A program made the translations under genes and the position numbers. 23,326 nucleotides of DNA. Source: a bacterium (GTDB lineage Bacteria; Bacillota; Clostridia; Christensenellales; Aristaeellaceae). Location: contig CAVFPH010000019.1 of assembly GCA_963624325.1 (NCBI GenBank), positions 3,757 through 27,082 on the forward strand, in the 5' to 3' direction. Every line of letters begins with the position of its first letter. The stretch's first letter is position 1. The notes below the pieces were generated by a model, which saw only the letters and a program-made list of their open reading frames with translations, searched no databases and was not told the origin of the DNA. Positions 13,751-22,915 of this stretch are shown here, in pieces.

Positions 13751-14694
13751 TGCCGCTTCGCGTAGTATTTATGGGTACGCCCGATTACGGCGTGCCGTCG
13801 CTGGAGGCACTCATCCGCGCCGGATACGATGTGGTGGGGGTGTTCTGCCAGCCGGATAAACCCTCGGGCAGAGGCAAGAAAATTACCCCCTGTCCCGTTA
13901 AGCAGTGCGCCGCTGCGCATGGTATTCCCGTCGTGCAGCCCCTAAAAACGCGGGTGGACGGCGTGGAGCCGCTGCGGGCGCTGGCACCCGATCTGTGCGT
14001 TACGGCAGCGTTCGGCCATATTCTGTCGCAGGAAGTGCTGGACATCCCGCGCATCGGTACGGTCAATGTGCATGCCTCCCTGCTGCCCAAGTACCGCGGC
14101 AGCGCGCCGGTCAATTGGGCATTGATTCAGGGAGAAACGGTCACGGGTGTTACCACCATGATGACCGATAAGGGCATGGACACGGGAGATATCCTGCTCA
14201 AACGCGAAGTTGAAATCCTGCCCGATGAAACAGCGGGGGAACTGGTGGAACGCCTGGCCAAGGTGGGCGCGGAATTGCTGATTGAAACGCTGCAGGCCAT
14301 CGAACGCGGCGATTGTCCCCGTGAAAAGCAGGATGAAAGCCTGGCAAGCTACTATCCGCTGCTGAAAAAGGAAATGGGCCGTATGGACTTTTCAAAAACG
14401 GCGCGGGAGCTGGTCAATTTTGTCCGCGGAATGACGCCCTGGCCGGGTGCTTATGCCGGTCCGTATAAAGTGCTGACGGCACGGGCGGAGGCGTATCAAG
14501 GCACAGAGCAGCCCGGCACGATTCTGCACGCAGATGCCAAGAACGGTCTTTGGATACGCACGGCGGACGGAGCACTGCGCCTGGAGCGCATACAGGCACC
14601 GGGCGGCAAGCCCATGAACGACTGCGATTATCTGCGCGGTCATCAGGTGGAGGCGGGCAAGCTGATTGCGCCCGAAGAAATGCATGCAGAATAA
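13750..14694 (+). CDS. fmt: Methionyl-tRNA formyltransferase
   Basis: RVVFMGTPDYGVPSLEAL and NVHASLLPKYRGSAPVNWA. TAATG overlap with the def stop. Confidence 0.95.
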   Translation: MPLRVVFMGTPDYGVPSLEALIRAGYDVVGVFCQPDKPSGRGKKITPCPVKQCAAAHGIPVVQPLKTRVDGVEPLRALAPDLCVTAAFGHILSQEVLDIPRIGTVNVHASLLPKYRGSAPVNWALIQGETVTGVTTMMTDKGMDTGDILLKREVEILPDETAGELVERLAKVGAELLIETLQAIERGDCPREKQDESLASYYPLLKKEMGRMDFSKTARELVNFVRGMTPWPGAYAGPYKVLTARAEAYQGTEQPGTILHADAKNGLWIRTADGALRLERIQAPGGKPMNDCDYLRGHQVEAGKLIAPEEMHAE

Positions 14695-16195
14695 GCCAAA
14701 CAACGGCGGCAAAGCCGCCCGCCCGACATTTCGCGGATCCGATACAAGAAAGCCGAACACGGGCCGCACACCCCAATCCGGGCTTGCAAAGCCCGCACAG
14801 CGTCCGGCTCAGGCAAGGCCCGAGCTTCGCAGCACACCCCGCCCGCAGGGCGTCCCCGCGAAAAGCAATGCCAATGCCCGCCTGGTTGCGCTGAATGTTC
14901 TATGTGATGTGCTTGAAAATGATGCCTATGCCAGCCTGTCCTTGGATGATCGTCTGGGCAGCGTCAACCTGAACCAGCTGGATCGCCGCCTGTGCGCCAG
15001 CATTGTGTACAGGACGCTGGAAAACCTGTACTATCTGGATTATGCCCTGGGGCAGTTTCTGCAGGATGCGGATGCACTGAACATGAAAGTGCGCAATATC
15101 CTGCGCACGGCTGCCTGTCAGATCCTGCTGCATGATCGCGTCCCGGACAGCGCGGCGGTCAACGAGGCCGTCAAGCTTACCCGGGAGGTGCGTTTGGATC
15201 CCTTTGCGGGCATGGTCAACGCCGTGCTTCGCCGTCTGACGGATCAAAAGGAAAACCTTCAGTGGCCCAAGCCCGATGAAGGCGCACATTATTTATCCGT
15301 GATGTATTCCATGCCCGAATGGCTGGCGCAGTGCCTGATAGACGATTACGGCAGGGAAGAAGCCGAAAAAATCGCCGCGTACCGCACGGAAAAGCACTTT
15401 ATCACCATCCGGGCAACCTACGGCGGACGGGAAGACGACTTTGCAAAAATGCTCTCCCGCAAGGTATGGGAAACACAAAAGGGCATCATGCCGGGTGCCG
15501 TTCATGTCTTCGGTGCAATGCAGATTGCAAGGGACAGTGACTATATTAAAGGCACATATTCCATTCAGGGGGAAGGCAGCATGCTGGCGGCTGCGGCTGT
15601 AGATGCCAAGCACGGCATGAACGTGCTGGATTGCTGCGCTGCTCCCGGCGGAAAGACTGCCTATATTGCGGAACGCATGGAGGGCACGGGGCGCGTGTAC
15701 GCGTGGGATCTGCATCCTCATCGCGTGGAACTGATCCGCGCCGCTATGCAGCGCCTGCATCTGGATAACGTTCGGACAGCCGCACGGGATGCCGCGCAGC
15801 TGCGCGAAGATCTTGTGCAGAGCATGGACGCGGTATTGCTGGATGCTCCCTGCAGCGGACTCGGTGTTATGGACGACAAGCCGGATGTAAAATACCGCCA
15901 TACGAAAGAATCCCTTGCGGAGCTGTGCGAAACGCAGCAAAAGCTGCTGGATACCTGCTGCCGTTATGTTCGGCCGGGCGGCACGCTGGTGTACTCCACC
16001 TGCAGCCTGCTAAAAGACGAAAACGAACGGCAGATCAGCCGCTTCCTGCGTGAACATCCCGAGTTTGAGATTGCTCCGCTGCCCGATGCGATTCCCGCTG
16101 CTCTGCGCGCCCATTACGGCGAATACGGCCTGCAGCTGCTGCCTTATCGTGACGGCGTAGAGGGCTTCTTTGTGGCGTGCATGAAGCGCGTTTAA
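14684..16195 (+). CDS. rsmB: 16S rRNA (cytosine967-C5)-methyltransferase RsmB/Sun with a ~64-aa basic N-terminal extension
   Basis: NusB-like domain from NARLVALNVLCDVLENDAYASLSL. SAM motif DCCAAPGGKT and catalytic DAPCSGLGV...YSTCS. ATG 14684 overlaps the fmt stop; an in-frame TTG at 14666 is an alternative start. Confidence 0.9.
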   Translation: MQNKPNNGGKAARPTFRGSDTRKPNTGRTPQSGLAKPAQRPAQARPELRSTPRPQGVPAKSNANARLVALNVLCDVLENDAYASLSLDDRLGSVNLNQLDRRLCASIVYRTLENLYYLDYALGQFLQDADALNMKVRNILRTAACQILLHDRVPDSAAVNEAVKLTREVRLDPFAGMVNAVLRRLTDQKENLQWPKPDEGAHYLSVMYSMPEWLAQCLIDDYGREEAEKIAAYRTEKHFITIRATYGGREDDFAKMLSRKVWETQKGIMPGAVHVFGAMQIARDSDYIKGTYSIQGEGSMLAAAAVDAKHGMNVLDCCAAPGGKTAYIAERMEGTGRVYAWDLHPHRVELIRAAMQRLHLDNVRTAARDAAQLREDLVQSMDAVLLDAPCSGLGVMDDKPDVKYRHTKESLAELCETQQKLLDTCCRYVRPGGTLVYSTCSLLKDENERQISRFLREHPEFEIAPLPDAIPAALRAHYGEYGLQLLPYRDGVEGFFVACMKRV

Positions 16196-16206
16196 GGACG
16201 GAAAGC

Positions 16207-17256
16207 ATGGACAAACCTGAATTGCTCGGATTGTTTCCGCAGGAGCTTAGCGATGCATTGGCCGAAATGAAGCTGCCTGCCTACCGCATCAAGCAGATAT
16301 TTACCTGGCTGCACCGCGGCGCAGGGTTTGAAGAGATGACCAATCTGTCCAAACCTCTGCGCGAGACGCTGTCACAGTCCTTTACGGATCAGCCGGTAAC
16401 CCTGCTGGAGCAGCGTATATCCAAGCTCGACGGGACACGCAAGCTTCTTTACGCGCTGCGTGACGGAAACTGCGTGGAGGGAGTGCTGATGCACTACCAT
16501 CACGGTTATACGCTTTGCCTCTCTACGCAGGTGGGCTGCAAGATGGGATGCGCCTTTTGTGCCAGTACGCTGAATGGCTGTGTCCGCAGCCTGAGTGCCG
16601 CGGAGATGCTGGGGCAGGTGCACTGCGCCAATTGCCTGATTGAGGACGATCACATCTCCAACATCGTCTTGATGGGAAGCGGGGAGCCGCTGGATAACTA
16701 CGACAACGTAACGCGTTTCCTGCGTTTGGTCAGCCATCCGGATGGGCTGAACATCGGCCTTAGGCATATTTCGCTTAGCACCTGCGGGCTTGTGCCGCAG
16801 ATGCGGCGCTTTGCCCAGGAGGGGCTTCCGGTTACGCTTTCCCTGTCTTTGCATGCGCCCAACGATGCGATCCGTAAAAAGCTGATGCCCGTTGCCAACG
16901 TTTTTGCCATGGATGACGTGCTGGACGCCTGCCGTTATTATATTGAGCAAACCGGACGCCGCGTGATTTTTGAATACGCATTGGTGGATCAATTGAACTC
17001 CCGCCCGGAACATGCGGCGGAGCTTGCGCAGCGCCTGCGCGGCATGCAGTGCCATGTGAACGTGATTCCCCTGAATTCCGTGGAGGAAAAGGCGCTTCGC
17101 GGGGCAGATGAAGCGGCCATTGAGCGCTTTATGCAGGAACTTGAAAAACGGCACATTTCGGTTACGCGCCGCCGCGAAATGGGCGATGATATTGATGGCG
17201 CATGCGGTCAGCTGCGCAGACATTATCTGGCTGATCAGGCAGAACGGCAGGAATGA
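16207..17256 (+). CDS. rlmN: 23S rRNA/tRNA (adenine-C2)-methyltransferase RlmN (radical SAM)
   Basis: YRIKQIFTWLH and the radical-SAM CKMGCAFCAS. ATG 16207 has SD AAGGA 8 nt upstream; the track start 16177 is a GTG inside rsmB. Confidence 0.93.
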   Translation: MDKPELLGLFPQELSDALAEMKLPAYRIKQIFTWLHRGAGFEEMTNLSKPLRETLSQSFTDQPVTLLEQRISKLDGTRKLLYALRDGNCVEGVLMHYHHGYTLCLSTQVGCKMGCAFCASTLNGCVRSLSAAEMLGQVHCANCLIEDDHISNIVLMGSGEPLDNYDNVTRFLRLVSHPDGLNIGLRHISLSTCGLVPQMRRFAQEGLPVTLSLSLHAPNDAIRKKLMPVANVFAMDDVLDACRYYIEQTGRRVIFEYALVDQLNSRPEHAAELAQRLRGMQCHVNVIPLNSVEEKALRGADEAAIERFMQELEKRHISVTRRREMGDDIDGACGQLRRHYLADQAERQE

Positions 17257-17280
17257 GTGCTTCTTGGGAGGTGACAGTCC

Positions 17281-17979
17281 GTGAAAGCGTATATGAAAAC
17301 CCATCGCGGCCTTGTGCGTGAGCAGAATGAGGATACCGTCTGTGTATCCGATCCGCTTTATGTGCTTGCCGACGGTATGGGCGGACATCAGGCCGGGGAG
17401 GTCGCAAGCGCGCTTGCGGCACACACCCTTTGCGAAACGCTGTGCAACGTGCAGCCTTCTTCCGATGCGCTGATCCGAGGATATCAAACTGCCAACAGCA
17501 CTGTTTTTGGCCGCCAGAAAGAGGACAAAGCGCTTTCGGGCATGGGCACGACCATGACGGCCTTGTGGGAGGATCGGGAGTATGTTTTTGTCGGGCAGAT
17601 CGGCGACAGCCGTGCCTACCTGTTTCGGGACGGAAAACTGCATCAGATTACCGAGGATCAGTCCATGGTGGCCGAAATGGTGCGTGCAGGCGCGATTACA
17701 AAGGAACAGGCACGAAATCATCCGTACCGCAATGTGATCATGCAGGCAGTGGGAACGGAAACACGGCTGAATCCAGTCGTTACCCGCATTCTGAAAACCC
17801 CGGGGGATTGCTGGCTGCTGTGCTCCGACGGGCTTACCGACATGGCTAAGGATGAAGAAATCGCGGCGGTGCTTGCCGAATATCCGCCGCAGGAGGCTGC
17901 GGAAGAACTGATCCGCCTTGCCCTTGCGCATGGCGGAACGGACAACGTGAGCGTCCTGCTGCTGGAGGTGGAGGCATGA
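17281..17979 (+). CDS. stp: PP2C-family Ser/Thr phosphatase Stp/PrpC
   Basis: GLVREQNEDT, LADGMGGHQAGEVAS, LCSDGLTDM, GGTDNVSVLL. The GTG start is 9 nt after GGGAGG (ATG 17293 is an alternative). ATGA overlap with prkC. Confidence 0.9.
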   Translation: MKAYMKTHRGLVREQNEDTVCVSDPLYVLADGMGGHQAGEVASALAAHTLCETLCNVQPSSDALIRGYQTANSTVFGRQKEDKALSGMGTTMTALWEDREYVFVGQIGDSRAYLFRDGKLHQITEDQSMVAEMVRAGAITKEQARNHPYRNVIMQAVGTETRLNPVVTRILKTPGDCWLLCSDGLTDMAKDEEIAAVLAEYPPQEAAEELIRLALAHGGTDNVSVLLLEVEA

Positions 17980-19643
17980 TCGGACGCGTGTTTGCCCAGC
18001 GCTATCGGCTGGAGGAGTTTATCGGCAAGGGCGGCATGGCACTTGTCTTCCGTGCGACGGATTTGCGCACGGGTCATGATGTGGCGGTTAAAATACTGCG
18101 TCCGGAATTCAACAACGATAAGGAATTTCTGGAGCGTTTTCAGCGCGAGGCGCTTGCCGCCAGCAAGATGAGCCACCACAACATTGTAAATTTGCTGGAT
18201 GTCGGTCAGGAAGAAAACTATCGGTATCTGGTCATGGATTATATGCGGGGTCGGACACTGAAAGAAGTGATCACCGAAAAAGGCCATTTGCCCGAGCAAG
18301 TGGCGGCGCAGATCACCATACGCATCCTTTCGGCCTTGCAGCATGCGCACAATAACGGTATTATTCACCGCGACATAAAGCCGCAAAACATTCTGGTAAA
18401 CGCCGAAGGCATGATCAAGGTTGCCGATTTCGGCATCGCGCGCATTGCCGGCAGCAGTACGCTGTCCAAGGGGGACAGCGTGATGGGCTCGGTGCACTAC
18501 TTTTCGCCCGAGCAGGCACGCGGTGAGAATGTCACCTATGCCAGTGATTTGTACAGCGTTGGGGTCGTCCTTTATGAAATGCTGACCGGACAGGTGCCCT
18601 TTGACGGCGATACGCCCGTCAGCGTGGCAATGCAGCACATTTCTTCCCAGCCGAAGCCGCCTTCTCAGCTGGTGGACGGCATATCGCCTGCCATGGAACA
18701 GGTGGTGCTTACCGCCATGAGCAAGGATCCGCGCAGCCGTTATCGAGATGCGGCAGACATGGCCCGCGCCATTCATGCGGCATTGGAACATCCCGATGCG
18801 GCAGTGGGCGCGGTATCCCAGAAAACGGCCGCTCAGCACCTGCCCGGCTCGGATACGGGACGGACTGCCGCTGCGGCAAGACAGCGGAAAAAGCAGCGCT
18901 TCCGGGAAAAACTGCTGATATTGGGGCTGACTTTGGTTGCGCTGGCTGTCCTCTCGGTGGGCACGGTGGAGATTGTGCGCAGCATTGTAAACACGGTTGA
19001 AGCACCCTATCTGATTGGCGAAACCGAGGAAAACGCCAAAAAGATGGGCGAGGATCGCGGCCTTCGCGTAGAGGTCACCCGTCAAAGCGACAGCAAAACA
19101 CCGGCGGGAATCGTCATCATGCAGTCCCGCGAATACCAGTACCGCATGAAGCGCGGCGATGTAATATTGATTACCGTCAGCACCGGCCCCGAAAAACAGG
19201 GGGCTCCAGCATTGACGGGCATGCTGCTGTCCCAGGCACAAACGGAGGCAGAAAAGTACGGCTTCAAAGTACTGGCAAGCAGTTATCGGGAATCGGATCA
19301 GCCATTTAACACGGTGCTGGAGCAAACCCCGGCCGAAGGAGAAATGCTGGCATACGGCGAAATCATTCAGGTGGTTGTCAGCGGAAGCGTGACGATGCCC
19401 TCCTTGACCGATTTAACCAGTACGCAGGCAATCCAGCAGCTGCAAAGTGTCAGCATGAACAATATCCAGATTGTGGAAACACCTTCGTCCGATCCATCCC
19501 GCGTGGGGCGGGTGGCGGATCAGCTGCCCAAGGCGGGCGAGCGGGTTTTGTATGATGCCGTTGTGACATTGGCGGTATACGTTCAGGCGGCAGCTGATGC
19601 CGATCAACCTGCCGATACTGCCGCGCCGTCGGGCTCAGATTAA
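17976..19643 (+). CDS. prkC: Hanks-type Ser/Thr kinase PrkC/PknB with one TM segment and three extracellular PASTA-like repeats
   Basis: GKGGMALVF, VAVKIL, HRDIKPQNIL, DFGIAR and SPEQA. TM segment LLILGLTLVALAVLSVGTV. Three ~65-aa repeats follow, starting at APYLIGETEENA, APALTGMLLSQA and MPSLTDLTSTQA. Confidence 0.93.
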   Translation: MIGRVFAQRYRLEEFIGKGGMALVFRATDLRTGHDVAVKILRPEFNNDKEFLERFQREALAASKMSHHNIVNLLDVGQEENYRYLVMDYMRGRTLKEVITEKGHLPEQVAAQITIRILSALQHAHNNGIIHRDIKPQNILVNAEGMIKVADFGIARIAGSSTLSKGDSVMGSVHYFSPEQARGENVTYASDLYSVGVVLYEMLTGQVPFDGDTPVSVAMQHISSQPKPPSQLVDGISPAMEQVVLTAMSKDPRSRYRDAADMARAIHAALEHPDAAVGAVSQKTAAQHLPGSDTGRTAAAARQRKKQRFREKLLILGLTLVALAVLSVGTVEIVRSIVNTVEAPYLIGETEENAKKMGEDRGLRVEVTRQSDSKTPAGIVIMQSREYQYRMKRGDVILITVSTGPEKQGAPALTGMLLSQAQTEAEKYGFKVLASSYRESDQPFNTVLEQTPAEGEMLAYGEIIQVVVSGSVTMPSLTDLTSTQAIQQLQSVSMNNIQIVETPSSDPSRVGRVADQLPKAGERVLYDAVVTLAVYVQAAADADQPADTAAPSGSD

Positions 19644-19652
19644 GGAAATTGA

Positions 19653-20528
19653 ATGGAAAAAGGACAGATTATCGAAGGACGCGGCGGATTGTATACCGTG
19701 CGTGATGAAGGCGGAACGGATCATGTGCTGCGGGCCAAGAAAAAATTCCGTCGTCAGCACATGACACCATTGGTGGGCGATCGCGTTTATTTTACCCCCG
19801 GCGAGGGGGAGGAGCATGGCTGGCTGGAAGAGATTCTGCCCCGCAGCAGTGAGTGCCTGCGTCCGCCGGTTGCCAATATTACCCTGCTTGTGATGGTGGC
19901 TGCCGCAGCCCCAGCGCCCGACTGGCTGCTGATAGACAAGCTTTTGCTGGGCGCGCGGATGCAGGATATGCGCGCAGTGCTGGTAATCAACAAATGCGAT
20001 CTGGGCAGGGATACGGCAGAGCAGGCACAGCGTGATTATGCGGGGGCGGAGTTGCCTGTTCTGTGCGTCAGCGCGGATACAGGGGAAGGCATTGAATTGC
20101 TTCGTGCCGAAATGCAGGGTGAAATTGCCTGTTTTGCGGGGCAGTCCGGCGTCGGAAAGAGCACACTGCTGAATACCCTGCTTCATACGCAGCTGCAGAC
20201 GGGCGAAATCAGCCGCATCGAACGGGGCAAGCATACCACCCGCCATGCGCAGCTGATTGAAGCAAACGGCCTGCGGGTGATGGATACGCCGGGATTCAGC
20301 TTGCTGGAGTTTGAGCAGGTCATGGATCCTGTGGAGCTGATGGATTATTATCCGGAGTTTCAGCCCTATCAGGGCTGCTGCCGTTTTATGCCGTGCTATC
20401 ATGGCAGTGAGCCGGGCTGCGCCGTAACGCAGGCGGCCAAAGATGGCAAAATCAGTGCCGCCCGACTGGAAAGATATCACGAACTGCTTGAAAAAACACG
20501 CCAACTGTGGAGGGAACGCTATGATTGA
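19653..20528 (+). CDS. rsgA: Ribosome small-subunit biogenesis GTPase RsgA/CpgA
   Basis: Circularly permuted GTPase: VINKCDL comes before GQSGVGKSTLLN. C-terminal zinc-knuckle-like CRFMPCYHGSEPGC. Confidence 0.93.
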   Translation: MEKGQIIEGRGGLYTVRDEGGTDHVLRAKKKFRRQHMTPLVGDRVYFTPGEGEEHGWLEEILPRSSECLRPPVANITLLVMVAAAAPAPDWLLIDKLLLGARMQDMRAVLVINKCDLGRDTAEQAQRDYAGAELPVLCVSADTGEGIELLRAEMQGEIACFAGQSGVGKSTLLNTLLHTQLQTGEISRIERGKHTTRHAQLIEANGLRVMDTPGFSLLEFEQVMDPVELMDYYPEFQPYQGCCRFMPCYHGSEPGCAVTQAAKDGKISAARLERYHELLEKTRQLWRERYD

Positions 20529-21171
20529 AATCCTGTCATCCATCCTTGCCAGTGATTTGCTGAACGTTGGGGCGGAAGTGCGGCGCATGCTGGATAACGG
20601 CGTGGACAGCCTGCATGTGGACATCATGGATGCGCACTTTGTGCCGAACCTGTCCTTTGGACCGGCCATGGTCAGTGCACTGAAAAAAGCCTTTCCGCAG
20701 GTGCATCAGGATGTGCATCTGATGATGGATAATCCCGAAAAATATTTGGATACCTTTATTTCGGCAGGTGCCGGGGCGGTAACGATCCATGCCGAGATTC
20801 CGGGCGATGTTCGTGCCATGCTTCAAAAGATCCGTGCGGCAGGCATTAAGGCCGGCGTGTCCGTTAAGCCCGACACAGGCATCGGGCAGATAAAAGATTT
20901 GCTTCCGCTGTGTGATCTGGTGCTGGTAATGACTGTGGAGCCGGGCTTTGGCGGGCAGAAATTTATGCCCGATATGATGCCCAAGATTGCCGCCATCAGA
21001 AGCATGGGCTATCGCGGCCAAATCATGGTGGACGGCGGCATCAATGCCCAAACCGCTGCGCAGGCGGTTGCCGCAGGCGCGGATGCACTGGTGATGGGCA
21101 CGGCACTGCTGCGGGCGGAGGATCCTGCCGCTGTGGTGCGCGCCTGTCGTGCATTGGAGGAAAAAGCGTGA
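20521..21171 (+). CDS. rpe: Ribulose-phosphate 3-epimerase
   Basis: MIEILSSILASD...LHVDIMDAHFVPNLSFGP...MTVEPGFGGQKF...VDGGIN. ATG 20521 overlaps the rsgA stop (ATGATTGA). The track's upstream start 20443 lies inside rsgA. Confidence 0.93.
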   Translation: MIEILSSILASDLLNVGAEVRRMLDNGVDSLHVDIMDAHFVPNLSFGPAMVSALKKAFPQVHQDVHLMMDNPEKYLDTFISAGAGAVTIHAEIPGDVRAMLQKIRAAGIKAGVSVKPDTGIGQIKDLLPLCDLVLVMTVEPGFGGQKFMPDMMPKIAAIRSMGYRGQIMVDGGINAQTAAQAVAAGADALVMGTALLRAEDPAAVVRACRALEEKA

Positions 21172-22010
21172 AACAGCAGTATGGCAAACGTGCGCCCCAT
21201 CGCGGCAAGCCGGGAGAGTTTCAGCATAAGCACAGCCTGGGACAGAACTTTTTAACCGATGCCGCGCTGCTGGAAACCCTGGTGGATGAGACAGGCGTCG
21301 GGGAGCAGGATGCGATTTTGGAAGTCGGCCCCGGTGCGGGCGATATGACGCGCATTCTGGCATCCCGCTGCAGGCATATTACGGCAGTGGAAATTGACCG
21401 CGATCTTTTGCCCATCCTGCGCGTGGCAATGGAGAAGTACGAAAATTTTTCCCTGGTGCAGGGGGATATTCTGCACGTCAACCTGCCCGAAATCATGGCG
21501 GAATACGATGCCTACCATGTGGTGGCAAACATTCCGTACTATCTGACAACCGATCTTCTGAACCTGCTGCTGTCGGGCAAACTGCCCCTGAAATCCATCA
21601 ACGTGATGATTCAAAAAGAGGCTGCCCAGCGTCTGCTGGCTGAGCCTTCTACGCCGGAATACGGCCCGCTTTCCATCCGCGCCCAGTATTATACGCAGCC
21701 GCGCATCGCGCGCATCGTGGAGGCAGCCTGCTTTACGCCCCCACCCAAGGTGGATTCCGCCTTTGTGTGCATGCCCTGGCGGAGTCAGCCTGCCGTGCAG
21801 GTAAATGATGAGGCGCGCTTCTTCCGCATTGTCAGCGCCGCTTTTGCCCTACGCCGCAAGACCTTGTGCAACAACCTGACCATTGCCTTTCATCTGCTGC
21901 GGGAGGAAGCCCTTGCCTGGATTGCCCGTGCGGGTCTTCCCGAAAACATCCGCGGCGAAGCGCTGAGCCTGCAGCAGTTTGCAGATTTGGCGAATGCGGA
22001 AAATGCATAA
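21168..22010 (+). CDS. rsmA: 16S rRNA (adenine1518/1519-N6)-dimethyltransferase RsmA/KsgA
   Basis: HSLGQNFL, EVGPGAGDMT, VANIPYY. The GTG start overlaps the rpe stop (GTGA). Confidence 0.9.
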   Translation: MKQQYGKRAPHRGKPGEFQHKHSLGQNFLTDAALLETLVDETGVGEQDAILEVGPGAGDMTRILASRCRHITAVEIDRDLLPILRVAMEKYENFSLVQGDILHVNLPEIMAEYDAYHVVANIPYYLTTDLLNLLLSGKLPLKSINVMIQKEAAQRLLAEPSTPEYGPLSIRAQYYTQPRIARIVEAACFTPPPKVDSAFVCMPWRSQPAVQVNDEARFFRIVSAAFALRRKTLCNNLTIAFHLLREEALAWIARAGLPENIRGEALSLQQFADLANAENA

Positions 22011-22037
22011 AAAGCATCGATACCATACAAACAACGA

Positions 22038-22070
22038 AAGCCGCCCCGATGACCGGGACGGCTTGATTTA
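22038..22070. terminator. Bidirectional intrinsic terminator between convergent rsmA and the minus-strand secreted-protein gene
   Basis: AAGCCGCCCCG (22038-22048) / loop ATGAC / CGGGACGGCTT (22054-22064): 10 of 11 positions pair. T-rich flanks are present on both strands (GATTTA on plus; TTCGTTGTTTG on minus). Confidence 0.6.
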
Positions 22071-22114
22071 TAGAATTAAGAAAGAGGTCTTTGAAGGGTT
22101 ATGCGCCAAACATC

Positions 22115-22811
22115 TTAGTATTCCAATTCAACATAGCAGATTACTTCTGCACTGATGGGCTGAATGCTGTTGGCCTTCCAGTATGCTACAATATCAGTAT
22201 TCACATCCAAGCGGTATTCCAGCGTGCCGCCTGCGGGAATGCCTACCCTGTAAATGACATCGTCATCAGCATACAGCAGTGTGCCGTCCTGGTCGTATAC
22301 GCCGACGACCAGCAGCGCATCATAAACGGTCTTGTCGGTGCTGTTGGTTACAGTCAGGATAATGCGGTAGTCTGTACCGTCCCAGCCTTCATAGGCTTCA
22401 ACCACTGCGGAAGCATCCAGATGCGCTGCGGCTTCATCTTTGCTGGTTTTCCCCAAGACAGACAGGGAATGATCGGCAATTTCAGACAGCTGAACACCAT
22501 CTTCGGCATAGATGCGCTCCACAAGATAAGCCTTTTCACCGGGGGGCCAGCACATTGGGATAAGCAGAGTAGATTGCGGAGGTATCGGTAACATCGCCGC
22601 TTTCGCTGAGAACTTCCAAGACGCCGCTGTCAAATTCCGCATTGCTGTTCCCGGTATTGGTGATTTCGGCATACAGATAGCCGGTGCAGCTTCCGTAGGA
22701 TTCGACGGCGACATAGGTTTCCTGGGTAACTTCCAGTTTTCCCGCGGCCAGAGCAGCAGAACAGCACAGAGTCAGGCACAGAGCCAGCAGCAGAGAGACA
22801 AATCTTTTCAT
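22115..22811 (-). pseudogene. Secreted two-domain beta-sandwich-like protein (FxLYD/DUF4352-like by eye), reading frame broken by a +1 frameshift in a homopolymer
   Basis: The 5' part (22536-22811) encodes signal peptide MKRFVSLLLALCLTLCCSAALA plus ...ITNTGNSNAEF...YPNVLAPR*. The continuation ...PPGEKAYLVERIYAEDG...LTVTNSTDKTVYDALLVVGVYDQDG... runs in another frame to the TAA at 22115. The frames switch at G6 (22541-22546; C6 on the coding strand). Removing one C gives a continuous 231-aa ORF (..NVLAPGEKAYL..). Confidence 0.75.
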
Positions 22812-22858
22812 GAGTTATTCAACCTCCAAAGTTTAAATAGTCAGGATAGCCGGGAAGC

Positions 22859-22887
22859 ATTATAGCATTTGAAGCGTGCATTGTCAA
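22859..22887 (-). promoter_or_regulatory. Perfect-consensus sigma-A promoter for the frameshifted secreted-protein gene
   Basis: The minus strand reads TTGACA (22882-22887), a 17-nt spacer ending TGc, then TATAAT (22859-22864). GGAGG lies 11 nt before the ATG at 22811. Confidence 0.7.
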
Positions 22888-22915
22888 AACACAGCCGTGG
22901 CCTGCGGGAAACAGC

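Noticed and set aside
20443-20520. Upstream start for rpe (track ORF 20443-21171), and similarly GTG 16177 for rlmN, ATG 1283 for the STAS gene and ATG 1620 for the fusion gene.
   Set aside because: The extensions lie inside the preceding gene or lack an SD. Downstream starts (20521, 16207, 1307, 1638) have proper SD spacing and give canonical family N-termini. 1620 versus 1638 remains genuinely uncertain.
22091-22591. Plus-strand 166-aa ORF overlapping the frameshifted minus-strand gene.
   Set aside because: It has no SD and the start is unconvincing. Its sequence is hydrophobic and low-complexity. The minus strand carries a signal peptide, a promoter, an SD and a repeated-domain logic that explain the region.
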